Source: Candidatus Levyibacteriota bacterium (GTDB taxonomy: Bacteria; Patescibacteriota; Microgenomatia; Levybacterales; UBA12049). From it: a stretch of 64,000 nt of DNA. The stretch is from contig JACQHJ010000003.1 of assembly GCA_016199085.1 (NCBI GenBank), positions 38,676 through 102,675 of the forward strand, given 5' to 3'. The notes beneath the pieces are model-generated. The model searched no databases. It saw only the letters and a list, made by a program, of their open reading frames with translations, and was not told where the DNA came from. Shown here piece after piece: positions 58,032 to 64,000 of the stretch; the stretch's first letter is position 1, and every line of letters starts with the position of its first letter. A program made the position numbers and the translations under genes.

Positions 58032-59324
58032 TTATCTATAGATTAATCTTAAGAAAGTTCTGGTAATAACAATTGCTGAAAACATTGAAATTAAAACACC
58101 GATTGCCAAAACTAAAGCAAATCCTTTGACTATTCCTGTTCCAAAAGAGTATAAGACAAGACATGTAATTAAAGTTGAGATGTTTGAATCCCTGATTGAT
58201 GTCCAAGCTCTTGAGAACCCAAGTTCAATTGCCACATCTTTTGATTTATCCGCTCTTAACTCTTCCTTCATTCTTTCAAAGATTAAAATGTTTGCATCAA
58301 CTGCCATTCCTATTGAAAGAATAAAACCTGCAATACCGGAAAGTGTCAAAGTTATTCCGTAAGGAGTTAGGGAACTTAGTTTAAAAATGGCAAGAGTAAA
58401 AAGAGTGTATAAAACCAAAGCAATACTTGCCACAACGCCAAGTCTTCCGTATAAAACAACCATAAAAATGACTATTATTATAAAACCGACAATTCCCGCA
58501 AATAGACTTTTCTCCAAAGACTGGGCACCAAGTGTCGGAGCAATTACGCTACTGGAAAGAATTTTAAGAGGAACGGGAAGTGCTCCCGCATTTAGCTGCG
58601 TACTTAACGCATTAGCCGTATCTATTGTAAAGCTTCCCGTAATAACTGCGTCTCCTGTTAGAATTGCCTGCTGGACTGTTGGCTGTTCTATTAATTGATT
58701 ATCCAAAACAATTGCCACGGGTTTTCCGATATTTCTTTTTGTAATGTCGGCAAACTTTTTGGTTCCATCTGACGTAAACTGAAGTGTGACCTGAGGCTTT
58801 CCGGTATTTGGATCAAAGGAAACGCTTGTCTGTTTTATGTCTGCACCGCTTAGGTTTGTTTGCACAAAGTTTGGCTGGGCTGAAGGACTAGCTGTTGCAG
58901 ATCTACTTGCCTCTTGCTCCCAAAACGTCAACTGGGCTGTTGTTCCTATAAGGCTTCTTACCTGTTGTGTATCAGTAACTCCGGGCAGTTCAACAATTAT
59001 CCTGTAATCATTATTGACAACAGATGTTTGGACAATAGGCTCTGATACTCCAAATAAATTTACCCTTCTATCAATAACTACTTTAGCGCTTTCCAAAGCA
59101 GATGTTTTTTGAGTTGAAGAAATCTTTGCCATATCGGCCTGGAGAATAAGACTTGTACCGCCTTCTAGGTCAAGACCTTTTCTAAAGACTAGTTCTTTTT
59201 GAATATTTAATTTTTCAAAAACAATATTGGGGTCAAACTTGCCAATCTTTGGCAGGTTAAAAAATACTGCCAAAACCGTAAGAACAATAATTAACCAAAA
59301 AAGGTAGCGCGGAGATCTTCTCAT
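58032..59324 (-). CDS. secD: Protein translocase subunit SecD
   Basis: GLDLEGG, GVSEP, AGALP, GMAVDANILIFER. Confidence 0.97.
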   Translation of the reverse strand: MRRSPRYLFWLIIVLTVLAVFFNLPKIGKFDPNIVFEKLNIQKELVFRKGLDLEGGTSLILQADMAKISSTQKTSALESAKVVIDRRVNLFGVSEPIVQTSVVNNDYRIIVELPGVTDTQQVRSLIGTTAQLTFWEQEASRSATASPSAQPNFVQTNLSGADIKQTSVSFDPNTGKPQVTLQFTSDGTKKFADITKRNIGKPVAIVLDNQLIEQPTVQQAILTGDAVITGSFTIDTANALSTQLNAGALPVPLKILSSSVIAPTLGAQSLEKSLFAGIVGFIIIVIFMVVLYGRLGVVASIALVLYTLFTLAIFKLSSLTPYGITLTLSGIAGFILSIGMAVDANILIFERMKEELRADKSKDVAIELGFSRAWTSIRDSNISTLITCLVLYSFGTGIVKGFALVLAIGVLISMFSAIVITRTFLRLIYR

Positions 59325-59896
59325 GAAAGCATACTCTCTTCATCACCGATAAGCATCACTCTTGAACCAGCCAGGATTGATAGAATAAACGGATCCCTTT
59401 TTTTCTTTCTGAAATCAAATTCATCTTCAGTCATAACCGTATAGTTAATTTCAGTTGCAAGTCTTTTCTCTTCCTCCCTAACTAAAAGTGCAAGCTCGGG
59501 CAGAACAACCGTTCCGACAACCAATAAATCTACTTCATCGGGTTGGTCTTTTATTTTTCTTAGGAATCTGCCGGAAAACATGGCATATTTTATTTTTCCA
59601 AGCTTGACTTTATTTTTTAGGACTTGTTCTCCAAGACCGATATTTTTAGATCCGATTCGAAGTAAATCAAAATAGAAGGGATAGTTTTTGGAAAGAGAGT
59701 AGTAGACTCTGTTTGCCCTGGGTTCTTTGTTTAAAATCCCTTTTCCTTCTAAGAACGCAAGCTCCCGTCTTACAGCATTAATCTCATCCTTCGTTCTTCT
59801 AACTAACTCTCTTACGTGGAACATCTCTGTGGGATTTGCCAAAAAGACATTTAAAAGTTTTACCCGGGATTTTGATGTAATAAGATCTGAAAACAT
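59321..59896 (-). CDS. Winged-HTH plus degenerate nucleotidyltransferase-like protein
   Basis: SKSRVKLL, HVRELVR..INAVRREL; VDLLVVG, EINYTV. Confidence 0.75.
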   Translation of the reverse strand: MFSDLITSKSRVKLLNVFLANPTEMFHVRELVRRTKDEINAVRRELAFLEGKGILNKEPRANRVYYSLSKNYPFYFDLLRIGSKNIGLGEQVLKNKVKLGKIKYAMFSGRFLRKIKDQPDEVDLLVVGTVVLPELALLVREEEKRLATEINYTVMTEDEFDFRKKKRDPFILSILAGSRVMLIGDEESMLS

Positions 59897-59966
59897 ATTT
59901 TGTTCTTTTTATAGGCAGCGTTGAAGATACTATACAACAAAGTTAAAGGCTTGTAAATAATCTTTC

Positions 59967-61142
59967 CTACTTTACACTAAATTCGCCGTCAGTTGCTAAA
60001 ACCTCAAACCAGATGGGCCCCCTGTTGAAGGTTATTTCCTTACCTTTAGTATCCGTAAGTATTGTTCTTGAAGTTCTGTTGGCTTTTTTCCAGGTTGCGT
60101 CAATTCTTTCCCCGTTTTTTAGAACAACTGCTTTTCCTGTTCCCTTGGTCTGGTACAAAAGGTGTACATTATTCTCATAACCGTCATTGGCATTCGATTC
60201 TTTCATCAGCAGAATGACTACATTTTTTGCGCTTAATTGTTTTTTGTTATTCAAATCTGTATGTGGTTTCCCTCCGTTACTTCTAAGATATGTATTTGTC
60301 TTTGGATCATATTTCCAATCAACTCCGTATTGCGGATTATCCCAAAAGTTAATGTGTATGGCTTGTGTTACCGGCCTTTCCGAGACAGGTGCATCTTCAG
60401 CGAACTTATATTCTACGAATTTCTTATCCCAAGGACTGCCGTCCTCTGAAACGTTTGTCAGTTTTCTTGTCGCTGCGGCATAGTTCCAAAGCTTTGTCAG
60501 CGTTGAATACATAGTGTGTTCTGTGGCAACAGTACGACCTAGCCTGTCATAATCTCTCCAAAAGGTAGGAAAGCCAATGGAGAATTGGTTTAGGTCATTA
60601 TATGCCGTCCAACCGTAGTCTGAAAGCTGGGAGAGTGCATCTGCAGGTCCTGGTTGATTTGCTCCTCCAACGTGGGCATATAAAGGATAGTCTGCGTATT
60701 CTGATGCAAAATCCATAAAGTATGTTCTGGCGGACCTTACTGGTCCTATTTGCCCGCTGTCTTGGCAATAGTACATTGCCAGAAATCGTGTTATTCCGCC
60801 TTCTGCCACCGCTTCATAGATAACGTCTGCTCCAAAAAGACCCGATTGTGGCCTTGATTCCTGATGGTTTTCTATCATGACTCCTAGAGGTCTGTGCTGC
60901 TGCCACCAAGCTTCTTGTTGCTTAGAATACATTGCTCCGTTTAAAGGACACTCCTGGGTCCTAGGGAGTTTGGGATCGAATGTTACCTGACCGTTAGTGC
61001 TAACCGTTGGGGCGGGAAGAGGAGTACTGATTATATTTTTGGAGATTGTCTGGGAGAAGATAAGGTAAGAGGCGCCTGCGGACAGGAAATATAGGGAAAG
61101 GGCCAGAATTAAAAAAAGTGTTGTATTTTTATTTAACTTCAT
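59967..61142 (-). CDS. DUF3048 domain protein
   Basis: CPLNG, VMIEN..RPQSGL, EGGITR, GPVRSAR. Confidence 0.88.
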   Translation of the reverse strand: MKLNKNTTLFLILALSLYFLSAGASYLIFSQTISKNIISTPLPAPTVSTNGQVTFDPKLPRTQECPLNGAMYSKQQEAWWQQHRPLGVMIENHQESRPQSGLFGADVIYEAVAEGGITRFLAMYYCQDSGQIGPVRSARTYFMDFASEYADYPLYAHVGGANQPGPADALSQLSDYGWTAYNDLNQFSIGFPTFWRDYDRLGRTVATEHTMYSTLTKLWNYAAATRKLTNVSEDGSPWDKKFVEYKFAEDAPVSERPVTQAIHINFWDNPQYGVDWKYDPKTNTYLRSNGGKPHTDLNNKKQLSAKNVVILLMKESNANDGYENNVHLLYQTKGTGKAVVLKNGERIDATWKKANRTSRTILTDTKGKEITFNRGPIWFEVLATDGEFSVK

Positions 61143-61603
61143 TTGGCAGTTTGTGATCCGTTTAGAACTTTACGTTCTTCCTCAGAGAGATCGTACTCTA
61201 CTCCTTTTCCGTTTTTAACCTTCTTAGCATACCATCTTGTACCGGATCTTGAATAGAGGGCTGAGATTATTACTCCCGTGTCTTGTCTGTCTACAAGCGA
61301 CAAAATAAAACTCTGGTCTCCTCCCGTATCCTTAAAAGGATTGAACCTTAAAAGGCCGATTTTCTGGATGTGTAATAAACCGTCCTTTTCTAATTTTAAT
61401 GAATAATCCTTTAAATAGTCAATATCCTTTTTATTAACTTCAGTCTCTCTTAGAAGCTCTTCTAAGACAGTTTTAAGGCTTTTGGTCGATACGCCTTTTG
61501 TGATTCTATTATAGTGGCTTAAAATCTTTGCGAAGAAAAAGCTTAACGTGACAAGCCAAACAAAGATTACGGCAATACTTAAAAAGAGGAAATTGTCCAG
61601 CAT
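61139..61603 (-). CDS. DUF4446 family protein
   Basis: RFNPF..GGDQSF, YAK, LSEEE. Confidence 0.85.
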   Translation of the reverse strand: MLDNFLFLSIAVIFVWLVTLSFFFAKILSHYNRITKGVSTKSLKTVLEELLRETEVNKKDIDYLKDYSLKLEKDGLLHIQKIGLLRFNPFKDTGGDQSFILSLVDRQDTGVIISALYSRSGTRWYAKKVKNGKGVEYDLSEEERKVLNGSQTAK

Positions 61604-61666
61604 AATATCTACTTATATTAGCCTCTTGACAGCCATGATGTCAATAGTGTAATCTAGCCTCTATAC

Positions 61667-61939
61667 ATGGCTAAAAGAAGAAAAACAAGGGAACAGAAAA
61701 AACTTTCAGATTTACGCCATACCTTTACACATCAAATAGTTACTAATACTTTTGAGACTAGGCCCTCTTCTACCCAAATTTCACCTAAAGTTATTGCAGT
61801 GGCTACGTCAAACTATCCATATCTTGTTAAGGATCTTTCCAAGACTTTTATCCTTACCGCTTCTATAATCGGACTTCAGATACTTTTATTTATATCCTTA
61901 AAAACTCACTTAATTAAAATTCCGGGAATTTCGTATTAA
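61667..61939 (+). CDS. Small hypothetical membrane protein
   Basis: Basic N-terminus, YLVKDLSK, C-terminal TM. Confidence 0.65.
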   Translation: MAKRRKTREQKKLSDLRHTFTHQIVTNTFETRPSSTQISPKVIAVATSNYPYLVKDLSKTFILTASIIGLQILLFISLKTHLIKIPGISY

Positions 61940-61963
61940 ATTGAAAGGAGGTGACTTAAATCT

Positions 61964-62107
61964 ATGGCAACAATGTATTGTGTAAAATGTAGAGCAAAGA
62001 GAGACGATCCTAACGCAGAGAAGGTAACCATGAAAAATGGAAAACCAGCTCTTAAGGGAAAGTGTCCAGTCTGTGGTACAGGAATGTACAAGATCGGAGC
62101 TTCCTAA
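61964..62107 (+). CDS. DUF5679-like small zinc-ribbon protein (47 aa, absent from ORF track)
   Basis: MATMYCVKCRAK..MKNGKPALKGKCPVCGTGMYKIG; strong SD GAAAGGAGGTGA. Confidence 0.85.
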   Translation: MATMYCVKCRAKRDDPNAEKVTMKNGKPALKGKCPVCGTGMYKIGAS

Positions 62108-62132
62108 TTTTTCTTTGTCTTTAAGAGATAAT

Positions 62133-62166
62133 AAAAAACCCCTCGCCAATTTGGAAGGGGTTTTTT
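62133..62166. terminator. Intrinsic terminator
   Basis: AAAAAACCCCT..AGGGGTTTTTT inverted repeat. Confidence 0.7.
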
Positions 62167-62198
62167 GTATGAAAGCTATGCTATACTCGAAATGATTA

Positions 62199-63215
62199 AT
62201 GATTATGGAAATGGGAGAAGGACTTCCCGTAAGTACACCCACAACGGGAAGAAATGAATATAGAGTCGGAGAGGCAAATATTGGTGTTTCCTGGAGAGTC
62301 TTTGAACCTCAAGGACCAAAACCTGAACAAGATGGAACTGGGAAAGCAGTTATCTATATCCCAGGCTGGTCTATAACAGAAAAGGCAAAATCAGTAGAAG
62401 CATTGGGCCAGGCATTTGCAGATTATGCACTTGTCCCCGTATACGCTGTTGATACCAAATCAGATAGAATTGGCCAGAGTTCTTTATCCCAGGAAGCTGA
62501 AGCAGTACGTCAAGACATAGAACAAAGGAAATTAGACAAAATAACAATAGTTGGTAATTCACAAGGCGGAGCCGAGGCAATTCATCTTGCCTCTCTCTTA
62601 CAGCAACAAAATCCCGAAGTAACAATTGAAGGATTGGTTCTTCTTGATTCAATAGGACTGTATCGTCAGAAAGGATCCCAACTTTTAGCTAACTATGCTA
62701 AAGATGTGATTGGAACTACGGTTAAAACCGGGGTGGAGGTTGGAAAAGCTTTACTTCGCCGTCCTTTAATGAGACATGGAAACCGGATGCTTTCTCAAAT
62801 GCGAAGTTATGCTCCAGATGCTATTTCTGAAATACTAAGAGAAGTTGCACAGTTTCAGACTCGTTGGCCAGGAAAAACCGTAAGCGAGATAAGAGAAATG
62901 GTTAGGGATATATCCCCCATAACAGGAGAGATTGCAGCTCCCATTGTTATTGTTCAGGGAGCAAATGATACAGTCTCAAATCCAAGTACAATAATCCCTC
63001 CTCAATCACCCGAAGATGAAGAAAAAGGGTATATCAGAAATATCAACGAAAGAGAACGATTTCTTAAAGAAACTGTATTCCCAAATAGCCCTTCTGTGAT
63101 GATGGTTGTTGCAGAAAGAATAGGAGTACACAGCGTAAGTTATCTTAGACCAGAATCCGTTGCTAGATCTTCTTTATATTTACTAAAGGGGGGCCTAAGA
63201 GTTCCAACGAAATAA
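62199..63215 (+). CDS. Alpha/beta hydrolase
   Basis: IPGW, GNSQGG nucleophile elbow, QGAND, late His. Confidence 0.8.
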   Translation: MIMEMGEGLPVSTPTTGRNEYRVGEANIGVSWRVFEPQGPKPEQDGTGKAVIYIPGWSITEKAKSVEALGQAFADYALVPVYAVDTKSDRIGQSSLSQEAEAVRQDIEQRKLDKITIVGNSQGGAEAIHLASLLQQQNPEVTIEGLVLLDSIGLYRQKGSQLLANYAKDVIGTTVKTGVEVGKALLRRPLMRHGNRMLSQMRSYAPDAISEILREVAQFQTRWPGKTVSEIREMVRDISPITGEIAAPIVIVQGANDTVSNPSTIIPPQSPEDEEKGYIRNINERERFLKETVFPNSPSVMMVVAERIGVHSVSYLRPESVARSSLYLLKGGLRVPTK

Positions 63216-63216
63216 G

Positions 63217-63351
63217 CTATTCACAACATGGATCTTTATATCCACAACTTGGGCAATACGCGTCTCTACTTCCTGGCATATCGCCCATTTGGGTTTGACA
63301 CATAGGGCAAGGCTTTGTTCTTAAATCTCTTTTCTTACTTATACTTTCCAT
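63217..63351 (-). CDS. Small zinc-ribbon protein (44 aa, absent from ORF track)
   Basis: MESISKKRDLRTKPCPMCQTQMGDMPGSRDAYCPSCGYKDPCCE. Confidence 0.65.
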   Translation of the reverse strand: MESISKKRDLRTKPCPMCQTQMGDMPGSRDAYCPSCGYKDPCCE

Positions 63352-64000
63352 CTATATCTTCAATAATATCAATAATTTCCAATAGGTTGTCAATTTTTTT
63401 AAAAGCAAGTCGTTCCAGTTTTTCATCTTTTATTTTATATAAAATTCCTCTTTTAGTAAACCTGAAAGCATCCATATCATTATATGCATCTCCTATAAAA
63501 AGCGAATCTTGAGGAGAAATATTTAAAAGTTTACAGATAGATTTTATTTCGACAACTTTTGCCTTAGGATCTTCGTCAACACACTGAAATCTTACAAAAT
63601 TATCATTCTTATCAAATACCATGGTGATATTTGCGCGCCAGTATTTGATACTAAAATGCCTTGCTACTTTTGAAACGTACTCTCCGGTACCGCTTGAGAT
63701 AATTGCAATTTCAATATCACGGCTTTTAATATATTCGACAAGTTTTTTTCCCTCCTTATTGATTGTATAATTTTTAAGATCAACAATTTCCTCAAACTTT
63801 TTTCTGTTGAGACCTGCCTTCTTATAGTAGTCTTCAATGTTTTTATTCCACTTATCAAAAGGGAGTTTGTTGCTATAATAATCTAGATACCACTTTAAAT
63901 CTAATTTTTCCGAGATACCTGTTGCTTTTGCAAGTTTTCCCCAGGGGTTTCCAAAAAGAAGGATACCGTCGCAGTCAAAGAAAACTATTTTTACTTTCAT
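63335..64000 (-). CDS. HAD hydrolase (SerB-like, subfamily IB)
   Basis: FFDCDG, IISSG, K, IGDAYND. Confidence 0.85.
   Translation of the reverse strand: MKVKIVFFDCDGILLFGNPWGKLAKATGISEKLDLKWYLDYYSNKLPFDKWNKNIEDYYKKAGLNRKKFEEIVDLKNYTINKEGKKLVEYIKSRDIEIAIISSGTGEYVSKVARHFSIKYWRANITMVFDKNDNFVRFQCVDEDPKAKVVEIKSICKLLNISPQDSLFIGDAYNDMDAFRFTKRGILYKIKDEKLERLAFKKIDNLLEIIDIIEDIDGKYK

Noticed and set aside
74-63858. Numerous antisense or nested ORFs in the track (e.g. 1590-2141, 45682-46146, 58387-58698)
   Set aside because: They are shadows of well-supported genes on the opposite strand or frame.

Overview
AT-rich bacterial chromosome segment, most likely Patescibacteria/CPR (Microgenomates-like). This is inferred from gene content (archaeal-type non-discriminating AspRS, DUF3048/DUF4446/DUF5679-like genes, sortase) and pervasive leaderless genes. 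The right third is housekeeping (gltX, aspS, recJ, CCA-adding enzyme, secDF). The left half carries a sortase-linked cluster of secreted N/S/G/T-repeat proteins, an alginate-like polysaccharide cluster with CRP-type boxes, and a Kdo/glycosylation island. The most striking region is 36.4-45.4 kb. A 7,009-bp large-serine-recombinase element is inserted at the 3' end of tRNA-Gln(CTG) (direct core CTTGCTG at 38334 and 45343) and carries a GHKL-ATPase operon and a Shedu nuclease. It also holds, just upstream of the integrase and inverted, a near-perfect 188-bp copy of its own reconstituted attP junction, enclosed by a 19-bp inverted repeat inside a predicted structured leader RNA. Just outside the element are three single-gene cassettes, each bounded by a site that mimics the tRNA (attB) half-site. 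Together these suggest an integron-like cassette capture/shuffling system run by a serine integrase. Several single-base frameshifts suggest residual sequencing errors.
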